From Patescibacteria group bacterium UBA1406 (GTDB lineage: Bacteria; Patescibacteriota; Microgenomatia; UBA1406): a stretch of DNA of 64,000 nt. Every line of letters starts with the position of its first letter. Positions within the stretch are counted from its first letter, which is position 1. The notes under the pieces are model-generated. The model searched no databases and was not told where the DNA came from. It saw nothing but the letters and a program-made list of their open reading frames with translations. Position numbers and translations under genes: made by a program. The stretch is taken from positions 110,653 to 174,652 of the forward strand of contig DBQA01000007.1 of NCBI GenBank assembly GCA_002305675.1, written 5' to 3'. Below are positions 25,135 to 34,795 of the stretch, one piece after another.

Positions 25135-26430
25135 ATGACAATCACCTTTATCGGACACGGATATGTTGGATTGGTGACTGCCTGTGTTTTCGCCGACCTC
25201 GGCAACAACGTGTTTGTCATCGGCAGGAATCATGACAAGATAGCCAAGCTGAATGCCGGCGAACCTCTCATCTACGAACCCGGACTGAAGGAACTTCTCG
25301 AAAAAAACCTCAAGGCCAAAAGACTGCATTTCACTCTCGATTATGGCGAAGCGGTCCCAAAGTCGGACGTCGTGTTCATCGCCGTCGGCACCCCACCCAA
25401 GGAGAACGGTGAGGCCGACCTGACCACAGTCCTCTCCGTGGCTGAAGAGATAGGCCGTCATCTGAAATCAGGCTATACCGTCGTATCCTGCAAGAGCACG
25501 GTCCCCGTCGGCACGAATACCAGGGTCAAGGAGATCATCGACAGGGTGAAGCCCCAGCAAAGCAAGGTGGAGGTCGCCTCCTGCCCGGAGTTCCTCCGGG
25601 AGGGGACAGCTCTCCTCGACACCCTTAACCCCGACCGGGTGGTCATCGGTTCGGATTCCAGGAAGGCCATAGATGTGCTTTTGGAACTTCACAAGCCTCT
25701 GAACGGGGAAAGGATCATTACCGACCTCTCCTCCGCCGAACTCATCAAATATACCTCGAACGCCATGCTTGCCACCAAGATCTCGTTCGCCAATCTCATC
25801 TCCTTCTACTGCGAGGCGACCGGGGCAGATGTGGAGACGGTCCTGGACGCGGTCGGCCTGGATAAAAGGATCGGCCGGGTTTTCATGTCTCCGGGTGTTG
25901 GCTATGGCGGTTCCTGCCTGCCCAAGGATATCAAAGCCCTCAAAAAGATCGGCGACCGGCTGGGAGTGGACACGGCCTTCTTAGCGGCCATTGATAACAC
26001 CAACATCAAGGCCAGGGAAAACTTCATCGGCAAGATCATAAAGCATTCCCCGGGCAAAAAAATAGCCGTCTGGGGATTGAGCTTCAAACCCAACACCGAC
26101 GACATCCGGGAAGCGCCCTCCACCTATATCATCACCGCCCTTCTGAAAAAGGGCTTCACTGTTTCCGTTTACGATCCGGAGGCTCTGGAAAATTCCCGGC
26201 GGGTGTTCGGTAATAAATTGAAGTACTTTGACAACCCTTACGAAACCCTCCAGGGTAACGACGCGCTTGTCGTCATCACCGAATGGAACGAATTCAAGCA
26301 GGCCGACCTTTCCAAGGTCAAAAAGCTTCTCCTCCATCCCGTCATTTTTGACGCCAGGAACATATATGAGCCTGCCAACCTGAAGGAGCTTGGGTTCCAT
26401 TATTACTCAATCGGAAGAAAGCCTGTTTAA
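25135..26430 (+). CDS. ugd: UDP-glucose 6-dehydrogenase
   Basis: ITFIGHGYVGLV Rossmann N-terminus and GYGGSCLPKD catalytic Cys motif. Confidence 0.9.
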   Translation: MTITFIGHGYVGLVTACVFADLGNNVFVIGRNHDKIAKLNAGEPLIYEPGLKELLEKNLKAKRLHFTLDYGEAVPKSDVVFIAVGTPPKENGEADLTTVLSVAEEIGRHLKSGYTVVSCKSTVPVGTNTRVKEIIDRVKPQQSKVEVASCPEFLREGTALLDTLNPDRVVIGSDSRKAIDVLLELHKPLNGERIITDLSSAELIKYTSNAMLATKISFANLISFYCEATGADVETVLDAVGLDKRIGRVFMSPGVGYGGSCLPKDIKALKKIGDRLGVDTAFLAAIDNTNIKARENFIGKIIKHSPGKKIAVWGLSFKPNTDDIREAPSTYIITALLKKGFTVSVYDPEALENSRRVFGNKLKYFDNPYETLQGNDALVVITEWNEFKQADLSKVKKLLLHPVIFDARNIYEPANLKELGFHYYSIGRKPV

Positions 26431-26436
26431 AAAGCC

Positions 26437-27390
26437 ATGAAGATACTGATCACCGGGGGCGCGGGTTTTATAGGGTCACACCTGACCGCGCTTTTTTTGG
26501 ACCAGGGCCACGAGGTGTGGGTCATCGATAACCTGCTGACAAGCTCCAGGAAGAATCTTGACCAGGCCCTCGGCGAACCCCGGCTGAAGTTCATCCAGGC
26601 GGATGTCAGTCTGCCCGACTCGCTTTCGGAGATCAGGAATACCGGGTTTGATGCGGTCTACCACCTGGCCTCGCCGGCTTCCCCCATCCAATACGAGAAG
26701 TATCCCCTGGAGACATTGAAAGCCAATGCGTTCGGAACCTATCATCTGCTGGAACTGATCAGGCACCGTCCTGAGACCAGATTCATCCTGGCGTCCACCT
26801 CTGAGGTCTACGGCGACCCACTCGTCCACCCGCAGACGGAAACGTACTGGGGCAACGTGAACCCATACGGCCCTCGCTCATGCTACGATGAGGCCAAGAG
26901 GTTTGCCGAAGCCGTCTCTTATACCTACCTGAAAAAATACGGGGCGGACACCAGGATCGCCCGGATATTCAACACCTATGGTCCCAATATGGAAAAGGAG
27001 GACGGCCGGGTCATCTCCAATCTCATCGTCCAGGCGCTCTCCGGTTCTCCCCTGACCGTTCACGGCAATGGCGAGCAGACAAGGTCTTTCTGCTATGTCA
27101 CCGACCTGGTGGAAGCCCTGGCCAAAATGGCAGAGGCGGATATCAGGGGAGAGGTCATCAACCTCGGCAACCCGAACGAACTGTCCATCAACCGGATCGC
27201 TGAAACCATCCGGGATCTGACCGGTTCAAATTCCGAGATCGTCCACCGCCCCCTACCCCAGGACGATCCTCAGAAAAGAAAACCGGACATTGCCAAAGCC
27301 AAGCGGCTACTGGGTTGGGAACCAAAGACTAACCTTGAGAACGGATTGAAAAGTACCATCAGTTATTTCCGGGAAAGGTTCCGACTATGA
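26437..27390 (+). CDS. uxs: UDP-glucuronate decarboxylase (UDP-xylose synthase)
   Basis: ILITGGAGFIGSHL, STSEVYGDPLVHPQTETYWGNVNPYGPRSCYDEAKR (UXS-type YxxxK context). Confidence 0.85.
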   Translation: MKILITGGAGFIGSHLTALFLDQGHEVWVIDNLLTSSRKNLDQALGEPRLKFIQADVSLPDSLSEIRNTGFDAVYHLASPASPIQYEKYPLETLKANAFGTYHLLELIRHRPETRFILASTSEVYGDPLVHPQTETYWGNVNPYGPRSCYDEAKRFAEAVSYTYLKKYGADTRIARIFNTYGPNMEKEDGRVISNLIVQALSGSPLTVHGNGEQTRSFCYVTDLVEALAKMAEADIRGEVINLGNPNELSINRIAETIRDLTGSNSEIVHRPLPQDDPQKRKPDIAKAKRLLGWEPKTNLENGLKSTISYFRERFRL

Positions 27391-28529
27391 AAAAGGCGGT
27401 CGTTGTCCTGCCGACCTACAATGAGGCCGGCAATATCGAGGAGATAGTCAGGGAGATATTCGCCCTGAAGGAAAAGAACCTCCAGGCCTGGGACCTGGCC
27501 GTCCTTGTGGTGGACGATTACTCTCCCGACAATACGGCCGGCATCGTTAAAAATATGCAGGGGAAATACCCGGACCTCCATCTTCTCAGCGGACCCAAAC
27601 AGGGTTTGGGCAAGGCCTATGCCCGAGGCTTCAGTCAGGCCATTGAAAAGCTCGGCGCCAGCGTGGTGGTGGAAATGGATGCCGACCTGTCGCACGACCC
27701 CAGGCTCATTACCAAAATGCTTGCCAAAATCGAAAAAGGCGCCGACTTCGTCACCGGCTCGCGTTACATCAGGGGAGGCAGCATCCCCAAGGATTGGGGA
27801 CTGCACCGGAAAGTATTCTCCGTCCTCGGCAACCTGGTGGTGCAACTTGGCTTCATGAACTTCCGGGTACGCGACTGGACCTCCGGTTTCCGGGCCATGA
27901 AAAGCTTCCTGGTCAAGGATATCCTGCCGGAAATGAGCCGTTATAACGGGTATGTCTTCCAGATCGCCTTCCTGGACAAAGCCATCAAACGTGGTGCCAA
28001 CATCCAGGAAGTGCCCCTGAAATTCAAAGAGCGCAAAAAAGGGGTATCCAAGATCAATTTTTTCGACTATATCACGAACATCTTTACCTATATCCTCGGC
28101 AACTCCTCCTTTGCCAAATATTTCATTGTCGGCATGTTGGGTTTCGCAGTCGACTTCGGGTTCGCCTACTTTTTCATCAGCGGACTCGGACTCAACCAGG
28201 TGCTGGCGAACATCATGAGCGCGGAGCTCGCCATCATCTTCAACTTCCTGATGAACAATTTCTGGAGCTTCGCCCACAAGGCCATCGGGGGCGGTCTTTT
28301 CGAATACCTGAAAAAATTTCTGCTGTTTAACCTGGTCACCTCCGGTTCCATCTTTATCCAGGGTGTCGGCCTGTACCTCGCGCTGAGATTTCTCGGGATG
28401 TTCATGTTCTCATTTCTGGCATTCGCCTTCCCGGCATGGGTCCTCTATAAGGTGCTGATCATCGCCTTCCTGGTCATTCCTTACTCCTACTTCATGTACA
28501 ACCGCGTGGTCTGGACGAAAAAGAAATAA
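27387..28529 (+). CDS. GT2 polyprenyl-phosphate glycosyltransferase (DPM1-like) fused to a C-terminal GtrA-like 4-TM domain
   Basis: VVLPTYNEAGNI, VVDDYSPDNT and MDADLSHDP. C-terminal FAKYFIVGMLGFAVDFG...NFLMNNFWSF is the GtrA-family pattern. Confidence 0.85.
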   Translation: MKKAVVVLPTYNEAGNIEEIVREIFALKEKNLQAWDLAVLVVDDYSPDNTAGIVKNMQGKYPDLHLLSGPKQGLGKAYARGFSQAIEKLGASVVVEMDADLSHDPRLITKMLAKIEKGADFVTGSRYIRGGSIPKDWGLHRKVFSVLGNLVVQLGFMNFRVRDWTSGFRAMKSFLVKDILPEMSRYNGYVFQIAFLDKAIKRGANIQEVPLKFKERKKGVSKINFFDYITNIFTYILGNSSFAKYFIVGMLGFAVDFGFAYFFISGLGLNQVLANIMSAELAIIFNFLMNNFWSFAHKAIGGGLFEYLKKFLLFNLVTSGSIFIQGVGLYLALRFLGMFMFSFLAFAFPAWVLYKVLIIAFLVIPYSYFMYNRVVWTKKK

Positions 28530-28533
28530 GACC

Positions 28534-29670
28534 TTACTGGAAGGGGCGCCATTCGGTGATGGGAGCCATATTGGTCATGAGAAAGTTCCAGGTATAAAAG
28601 TACAGCGCCGGCAGGAGGATTATCATGGCCGCCAGAAATTTCCGGGAGGAGAACAACCTGTCAAAAGCGATCAGTCCGAAGGGTAGCATGGCCAGACTGT
28701 ACCTGGCGATATCCCGATGCTGGACGGAAACAATGGCCAAAAAGAAGGCCAGGACCAGATAGAAGGCCGGCCTCAGTTTGGGCACGGAATACATGGTAAA
28801 GAGTACCAGGAGATAGAAGAGAAAGAGGAAATAGACGTCCTCAAGCCAGCCCGTCGCCACCCAGCTTGCCCCGCTGTCGAACACCTGGAACGGCGGGAAC
28901 AGGAGGTGGATATTGTCGCCGGAATGGAAATAGGCCAGAAAATCCCCGGTCTGGTAATAATACAGGGCAAAGACGGCCAGGGTTGCCGTCGGGATCAGAA
29001 GGATCCAACCCCAGGAGAGTTCCAGCTTTCTTTTCTTCACCCACGTTTCCAGAAAGTAGGCGCCGTAGGCAAAAAAGAGAAGGATGCCCGGACTCCGGGT
29101 AAAGGCAGCGAACGCTCCCAGAATGGCCGCCGGCAGATACCGCCTTTCCAGAAAAAAATAGGCGGACACGAGCACGAAGAACATGAACATCGTTTCCGTC
29201 CCTCCTACCGACCTGACAATGAAAAGCCGCGGCGTAAAGAACAGGGCCACGAGTGCGAGGATAAGGGGAGAACGGCTGAGCTTCAGTTTTTCAGTCACGA
29301 AATACAGGGCCGAGGCATAAAGGGCGGCGAACAGCACCGGCCAGACCAGCATGCTTTTCAGATATCCCAAAAGGGGAGCGCCCAGACTGATCAGGAACGG
29401 ATACAGGGGGAAATGGGCCGGAAAGTAATTGGCGGGCAAACCCAAAGGCGAGGTCATGAGCAGTCCCTCCCTGGCATTGTAGAACGTCTTGGCGATCAGG
29501 ATATAAAGAGGCCCGTCCCAGTGACGGTATATGTTCAACATGCTCAACGGGCGTTCGAACCTCAGGTGCCCGATGCTGTCCCAATTAAGGAGAAAGGGCA
29601 GCCAAATTATGAAGGTACTTAACAAAGTCACCGCCGTTATAATAAAATAAGGGAGTATGCGCTTACCCAT
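28534..29670 (-). CDS. GT-C-fold membrane glycosyltransferase (PIG-V/mannosyltransferase-like)
   Basis: About 10 TMs. HWDGPLYILIAKTFY resembles the WD..Y..IA..GY loop of PIG-V-type enzymes. Start set to the ATG at 29670; the upstream part of the track ORF is Arg/Ser-rich antisense to the next gene. Confidence 0.55.
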   Translation of the reverse strand: MGKRILPYFIITAVTLLSTFIIWLPFLLNWDSIGHLRFERPLSMLNIYRHWDGPLYILIAKTFYNAREGLLMTSPLGLPANYFPAHFPLYPFLISLGAPLLGYLKSMLVWPVLFAALYASALYFVTEKLKLSRSPLILALVALFFTPRLFIVRSVGGTETMFMFFVLVSAYFFLERRYLPAAILGAFAAFTRSPGILLFFAYGAYFLETWVKKRKLELSWGWILLIPTATLAVFALYYYQTGDFLAYFHSGDNIHLLFPPFQVFDSGASWVATGWLEDVYFLFLFYLLVLFTMYSVPKLRPAFYLVLAFFLAIVSVQHRDIARYSLAMLPFGLIAFDRLFSSRKFLAAMIILLPALYFYTWNFLMTNMAPITEWRPFQ

Positions 29671-31123
29671 CAGAAACATTGTAGCAAAAGGGCTGTTTCC
29701 GTGGGCAATCCTTTTTGTGGCCGCGGTCCTCCGGCTGTACCGGTTCTCCGAACACGTCATGTTCCTGGGCGACCAGGGCAGGGACGCCATCATCATCAAA
29801 CGGATCCTGACCCTGGAACATTTCCCGGCCATCGGTGCCCCTACCTCCATCGGACAGGTCTACCTCGGGCCTTTCTACTATTACTTCATCTCTCCCTTCC
29901 TCTGGCTATGGAACTTCAATCCGGTCGGCCTGGCCTTCGGAACTGCTCTGGTGATGCTGACAGGCATGGCCGCGGCTTACTTCGTCATCAAAAAAGAGAT
30001 GAACGGGACTGCCGCCGCCCTTTTTCTGCTCATGGCCGTTTTTTCGAGCGTCAATATCGAGGCCAGCCGTTTTTCCTGGAATCCCAACCTCCTGCCCGTA
30101 TTCATGTTCGCCGCCCTCTATTTCTTCTACCTTTCCATCAACAGCAAGAGGCTGGTCTATCCCCTGGTTCTGGGGGCACTCCTGTCCTTTTCCCTACAGC
30201 TCCACTACCTGGCCGTTTTCGTTTTCCTCGCCATTGTCCCCTTCTCCTTGTATTTTTTCCTGAAACACCAGAACAGGGTGCTATGCCTCAAGAAAATAGG
30301 CCTGGCCGTTCTTAGTTTCGCTTTTTTTTCGCTGCCGCTTCTTGTTTTTGATCTCCGCCACGGATTTTTGAATACCAATAATTTCCTGAAAATGTTCTCG
30401 GAGGGAGGGGTGGTCGCCGGAGGGTCGTATCCCCAAAGGCTGACCGAAACCGTTACCGGGTTCTTCCGCCACGCTTTGGCCGTGGATATGCCGCCGGCCG
30501 TCGCCCTGCTGTTGTTCGCCTTCATACTGATGATGGGAACCGTTATCGGCCTAAGGACCAGGAACCTGTTCCACATCCTCCTGATGGCTTTTTTCCCTGT
30601 CTATATCATGGGTTTCGCCTTCCTCGGCAGTCCCCGCCACGCCCATTACTACGGACCCCTGTATTTCGGCTTTTACGCCGCTCTCTCCTACATATTCGCG
30701 GTCAGAGCCGAGAAATGCCGGATCTGCCGGCTGGTGGTGGTAGTCCTGATGCTTGGTTATGTGCTGGCGAACGCGGCCGAATTCAAGTTCTTTTTTGGTC
30801 CGGGCAACCGGCAGGTCGACCGCGCCCGAAAAGTGGCCGCGGCGGTGGAAAGAGAGGTCGAGAAGATGCCTTTCCAGACGGTGGCCCTGCCGGAGAACGA
30901 GACGGACCATGCCTACCGCTACTTCCTGGAGATAGGCGGCAAACCCCCCCTCCCCGACAATTCCGTCGAGCGGGCGGAGGAGCTTTTTGTCCTTTGCTTT
31001 ACCAAAGAGTGCGAGGTCCTCAACCACCCCCAATGGCAAATAGCGGCATTCGAAAACCAGGAAGTTGGTAAAATATGGAGTACTGAAGGGATCAGGATCT
31101 ATAAATTGGTGCACTCCAAATAA
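29657..31123 (+). CDS. GT-C membrane glycosyltransferase (ArnT/PMT_2-like)
   Basis: 488 aa, polytopic. First-loop acidic motif FLGDQGRDAII and a C-terminal soluble domain. Confidence 0.7.
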   Translation: MRLPIRNIVAKGLFPWAILFVAAVLRLYRFSEHVMFLGDQGRDAIIIKRILTLEHFPAIGAPTSIGQVYLGPFYYYFISPFLWLWNFNPVGLAFGTALVMLTGMAAAYFVIKKEMNGTAAALFLLMAVFSSVNIEASRFSWNPNLLPVFMFAALYFFYLSINSKRLVYPLVLGALLSFSLQLHYLAVFVFLAIVPFSLYFFLKHQNRVLCLKKIGLAVLSFAFFSLPLLVFDLRHGFLNTNNFLKMFSEGGVVAGGSYPQRLTETVTGFFRHALAVDMPPAVALLLFAFILMMGTVIGLRTRNLFHILLMAFFPVYIMGFAFLGSPRHAHYYGPLYFGFYAALSYIFAVRAEKCRICRLVVVVLMLGYVLANAAEFKFFFGPGNRQVDRARKVAAAVEREVEKMPFQTVALPENETDHAYRYFLEIGGKPPLPDNSVERAEELFVLCFTKECEVLNHPQWQIAAFENQEVGKIWSTEGIRIYKLVHSK

Positions 31124-31125
31124 CC

Positions 31126-31869
31126 ATGGACGTTTCCATCATTCTGCCTATCTACAATGAGGTCAAAAACCTGCAAAAGGGCGTCCTGGACAAGATAATC
31201 CATTACGCGGAAAAGAATAGGGAGATCAGGGAGATCCTCGTGGTCAACGACGGTTCCACAGACGGCAGCTCCGAGGTGGTGAAGAGGAATTACCTTGGCC
31301 AGTACCCCAAACTGAAGCTCGTAGACAAGGTCCACTCCGGCAAGGCTTTTACCGTCATCGAGGGCATCAAGAAGGCCAAGGGGGATTACGTCCTGTTTTC
31401 GGACATCGATCTCGCCACTCCCATCGAGGAGGCTGACAAACTGATCGAGGATGCAAAATCGGGCCACCAGGTGGTCATTGGCTCCCGAAGTTCCCGCCGG
31501 GAAGGCGCTCCCCTGGTACGGCAAGTTATGGCGCTCGGCCTCATCTATATCCGTAACTTTATTATCGGTCTGAAAGGTATCCGGGACACACAGTGCGGCT
31601 TCAAGCTTTTTAAAAGAAGCAGTGCTTTGAAAATTATCGACAACCTCAAGGTCTTCCACAACGGCAAAGAGATCACGGGCTCCTCCGTCAGTGCCGCCTT
31701 TGACCTGGAGTTCCTGTTCCTGGCCCAGAAGTACGGCATGAAAATCAAGGAAGTACCCGTCACCTGGCGGCACGTGGAAACAAAGAACGTCAATTTCGTC
31801 AAAGACTCTCTGGAATCCCTGCGCGATATTTTCAAAATCAAGTTTTATGAGGTTCTTAAGAAGTATTAA
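31126..31869 (+). CDS. GT2, dolichyl/polyprenyl-phosphate beta-glucosyltransferase (ALG5-like)
   Basis: SIILPIYNE, VVNDGSTDGS, FSDIDLATP and RDTQCGFKLF. Confidence 0.8.
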   Translation: MDVSIILPIYNEVKNLQKGVLDKIIHYAEKNREIREILVVNDGSTDGSSEVVKRNYLGQYPKLKLVDKVHSGKAFTVIEGIKKAKGDYVLFSDIDLATPIEEADKLIEDAKSGHQVVIGSRSSRREGAPLVRQVMALGLIYIRNFIIGLKGIRDTQCGFKLFKRSSALKIIDNLKVFHNGKEITGSSVSAAFDLEFLFLAQKYGMKIKEVPVTWRHVETKNVNFVKDSLESLRDIFKIKFYEVLKKY

Positions 31870-33268
31870 ATGGCCGGCCCTGCTTTTTGCCGTTGCCCTG
31901 GCCTTCCGTGCCTATAAGCTGCCCGTCTTCATTTCCTACCATCAGGACCAGATCAGGGACCTGATGTTCGTCAGGGAGCACCTGGAAAACCAGAGCTGGA
32001 TCCTGGTCGGCCCGAAGGCTTCGGTGGGGGAGTTTTTCCTGCCGCCTTTCTGGTACTACCTTATGGGAGCCGCCTACCTGTTCTCCCCTGAACCTCTTGC
32101 GCCTGCCCTGATGGTGGCGCTCTTAAGCAGTCTAACCACCGTTTTCGTTTATCTCATTGGCCGAAAGTTCTTCGATCTCAGGACGGCCATCATCGCCTCC
32201 CTTCTGTATGCCGTCTCCCATCTGTCCATCGAGTACTCCCGCTTCTCCTGGAACCCGAACCCAATCCCCCTGTTCGTCGCCGCCACGCTCTACTTCTGCC
32301 TCAGCTACTACTACGAAAAGGGGACCTTCCAGCTCGTGATGGCAAGCATTACCGCCAACCTTGGCCTCCAGCTACATTACGAGGGGTTTCCCCTCATCCC
32401 GTTCGTAGTCCTGACCCTGTTACTGATATATATGAAGGAGAAGAATCTCTTCCTGCTTTCCCTCCGGCTGGCCGTCTTTGCCCTGGTGAACGTCATCCTG
32501 ATATTTCCCTTCATATATTACGAGGCGGCAAACGGTTTCCCGAACGGCCGGGGACTGGTGGAGTTCGCCACCCGTCGGTCCGAGCTCCGCCTGTTGGGCA
32601 TTCCCTTCTTTGCCAAATACATGGCGCTGCAGTTTCCCCGGGTCGTGTCCAGGGTCCTTTTCTATACGGAGAGCTATGCGGCCGGGTTTCTGATGCTGGC
32701 GGGCATATCCATCTATTCGGCTTACCTCGGCCTCAAGGCCCTTGCCAGACAGATCATCAGGCCGTCCTCTTTCCTGGCTCTTTTTTTTATACTCAGCCTG
32801 GCGATCCTCTTTTTCTACAAAAACTCCCTCATAGACTACTACCTGCTGTTCCTGGTCCCGGTCATCATCTTCCTCTTCGTTGACCTGACAATGAGGATAG
32901 GGCGTGCCGGCGTATATGTCGGTGCATCCCTCATCGCTCTTCTGGCCCTGACCTCGCCGGCCTTCGGTCCTTCCGATGGAGTGTACGTGGCGGCCAAGAG
33001 AACAGTGACCGAGGTCGCCCGGGAAAAGAGGTATTGCCTGACCTACTTCACCTTCCCGCCGACATATATCCAGCCGAAGTTCGAGTACCTCTTCAGCCTG
33101 GAGGAGAATCCTCCCCAACCCGGCATGTCCTGCGAGCCGACCTACTACCTCTGCGAACCGGCCTTGTGCGAATATTACCAGAAGTTCCGGCCCGTCCTCA
33201 GAAACGCCCATCTTATAAAAGGGCTTGACCGGACCGGGGTATATACATACAGGAAAGGGAGACGCTAA
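31847..33268 (+). CDS. GT-C membrane glycosyltransferase (ArnT/PMT_2-like)
   Basis: 473 aa, polytopic. First loop SYHQDQIRDLMF. 23-nt overlap with the upstream GT2. Confidence 0.7.
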   Translation: MRFLRSIKWPALLFAVALAFRAYKLPVFISYHQDQIRDLMFVREHLENQSWILVGPKASVGEFFLPPFWYYLMGAAYLFSPEPLAPALMVALLSSLTTVFVYLIGRKFFDLRTAIIASLLYAVSHLSIEYSRFSWNPNPIPLFVAATLYFCLSYYYEKGTFQLVMASITANLGLQLHYEGFPLIPFVVLTLLLIYMKEKNLFLLSLRLAVFALVNVILIFPFIYYEAANGFPNGRGLVEFATRRSELRLLGIPFFAKYMALQFPRVVSRVLFYTESYAAGFLMLAGISIYSAYLGLKALARQIIRPSSFLALFFILSLAILFFYKNSLIDYYLLFLVPVIIFLFVDLTMRIGRAGVYVGASLIALLALTSPAFGPSDGVYVAAKRTVTEVAREKRYCLTYFTFPPTYIQPKFEYLFSLEENPPQPGMSCEPTYYLCEPALCEYYQKFRPVLRNAHLIKGLDRTGVYTYRKGRR

Positions 33269-33286
33269 AGTTTGTATAATATGGTA

Positions 33287-34795
33287 ATGTTCGATCTGGG
33301 CAAAATCTGGCAGTTCTTTCGTAAGAATTTTAGTCGCCGTGATGTGCTGTTCATCGCTCTCATCATCCTTCTCTTTTTTGCCCTCCGGGTCTACAACCTT
33401 CTGTCCCTGCCCATCTTCACGGACGAGGCCATCTACATCCACTGGTCCAGACTGGCCTGGAAAGACGCCTCGTGGCGGTTCGTGTCCCTCACCGACGGCA
33501 AGCAGCCTCTCCATACCTGGGGCATGATCCCGTTCCTGAAGATCTTTGCCGACCCCCTTTTTGCCGGCCGCCTCTTCTCGGTCTTCACCGGGCTTTTCAC
33601 TCTGGCCGGGGTGTTCGTCCTGCTTTTCTACCTTTGGGGCAAAAAGGCGGCTTATATCGGCAGTCTTATCTATATCCTGACCCCCTATTACATCTTCTTT
33701 GACCGGATGGCGCTCATCGACTCCGCGGTCAACGGCTTCGCCGTCTGGACCCTCCTCTTTTCCCTGATCCTCATCAAACATATCAGGCTGGATATGGCCA
33801 TTCTTTTTGGCCTCCTGGCCGGCGTCGGCAGCCTGGCCAAATCCACCGTCCGGCTGTTTTTCCTGCCGGTGGCGCTTGCCCCGTTCATCTTCTACTTCCG
33901 CGATAAAAAGAAGGTCACCAAAGCCCTTAACTTCTATTTCCTCCTCGGGGTGGCGGTCGCGCTGGTCCTTGTCATCTATAATGTCCAGCGCCTATCCCCC
34001 TATATGCACTACGTGGAACAGAAGAACACCACTTTTGTGATGACCCTGCCCGAACTGATGAGAAGTCCGCTCGAAGTGCTCCCACACAACCTGAGAGCCA
34101 TTCCCTATTACCTTTTCCAGAATACCGGCTGGCTGTTCATGGTCTTCGCTATCGGGGGGCTTTACAAGCTGTGGCGAAAAGACCCGGAACTGGCGCTTTA
34201 CCTGGTGGTCTGGTTCGTCGTTCCCTTTCTGGTCATCGCCATCTTTGCCAAAGTGTTATCCTCGAGGTACGTCATTTTTCTGGCTCTCCCCTTCCTTCTC
34301 GGGCTGACCTATTTCCTCATTACCCTGAAGAGAAAGGGATTCTACCTCGCCTCTCTCCTGCTTTTGTTGTCGGTGTCATATTTCCTCTATACCATCTTCT
34401 TCAATACCGGCAAGATCCCTCTGCCCCCGGTCGACCGCGGACAGTATATTGAGGACTGGCCTTCCGGCTACGGCACGAGGGAGATCGTCGATTTTCTGGA
34501 GCGGGAATCCAAAAAGGACAAAGTCTATGTCTTTACCGAAGGGACATTCGGGCTTCTCCCCTATGCCCTGGACATCTATCTCCTCTTCGAGAATCCCAAT
34601 GTCCATTTCGAGGACCGCTGGCCGCTCAAGATAGAGGATTTCGCCTACGCCCGCGAACTCGGCCAAACCAATCCCGTCTATTTCGTTTTCCACGAAAGGG
34701 AGGAGTACCCCCCGGACTGGCCACTGGAACTTATCAAAAAATACCCCCGCTACGGTAACCAGTCGTTTGTTTACCTGTTCAAACTGGCCAGATGA
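33287..34795 (+). CDS. GT-C membrane glycosyltransferase (ArnT/PMT_2-like)
   Basis: First loop PIFTDEAIYIHW. The ATG at 33287 is preferred because TATAAT sits 6 nt upstream; the track start is TTG at 33272. Confidence 0.7.
   Translation: MFDLGKIWQFFRKNFSRRDVLFIALIILLFFALRVYNLLSLPIFTDEAIYIHWSRLAWKDASWRFVSLTDGKQPLHTWGMIPFLKIFADPLFAGRLFSVFTGLFTLAGVFVLLFYLWGKKAAYIGSLIYILTPYYIFFDRMALIDSAVNGFAVWTLLFSLILIKHIRLDMAILFGLLAGVGSLAKSTVRLFFLPVALAPFIFYFRDKKKVTKALNFYFLLGVAVALVLVIYNVQRLSPYMHYVEQKNTTFVMTLPELMRSPLEVLPHNLRAIPYYLFQNTGWLFMVFAIGGLYKLWRKDPELALYLVVWFVVPFLVIAIFAKVLSSRYVIFLALPFLLGLTYFLITLKRKGFYLASLLLLLSVSYFLYTIFFNTGKIPLPPVDRGQYIEDWPSGYGTREIVDFLERESKKDKVYVFTEGTFGLLPYALDIYLLFENPNVHFEDRWPLKIEDFAYARELGQTNPVYFVFHEREEYPPDWPLELIKKYPRYGNQSFVYLFKLAR

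Noticed and set aside
27363-28277. 304-aa minus-strand ORF antisense to the GT2-GtrA gene. The same class includes 12601..13398, 15237..15980, 21426..22214, 39473..40345, 45990..46721 and 55457..56659.
   Set aside because: All are antisense shadows of genes with strong family motifs. Their composition is skewed to E/G/D/R/H/P and they have no recognisable domains.
32420-33781. 453-aa minus-strand ORF spanning two GT-C genes
   Set aside because: It is E/K/G/D/R-rich with no motifs, and it crosses the boundary of two well-supported plus-strand membrane-protein genes. Long antisense ORFs are expected when the sense strand avoids TTA/CTA/TCA codons (Leu/Phe-rich, GC3-biased genes).
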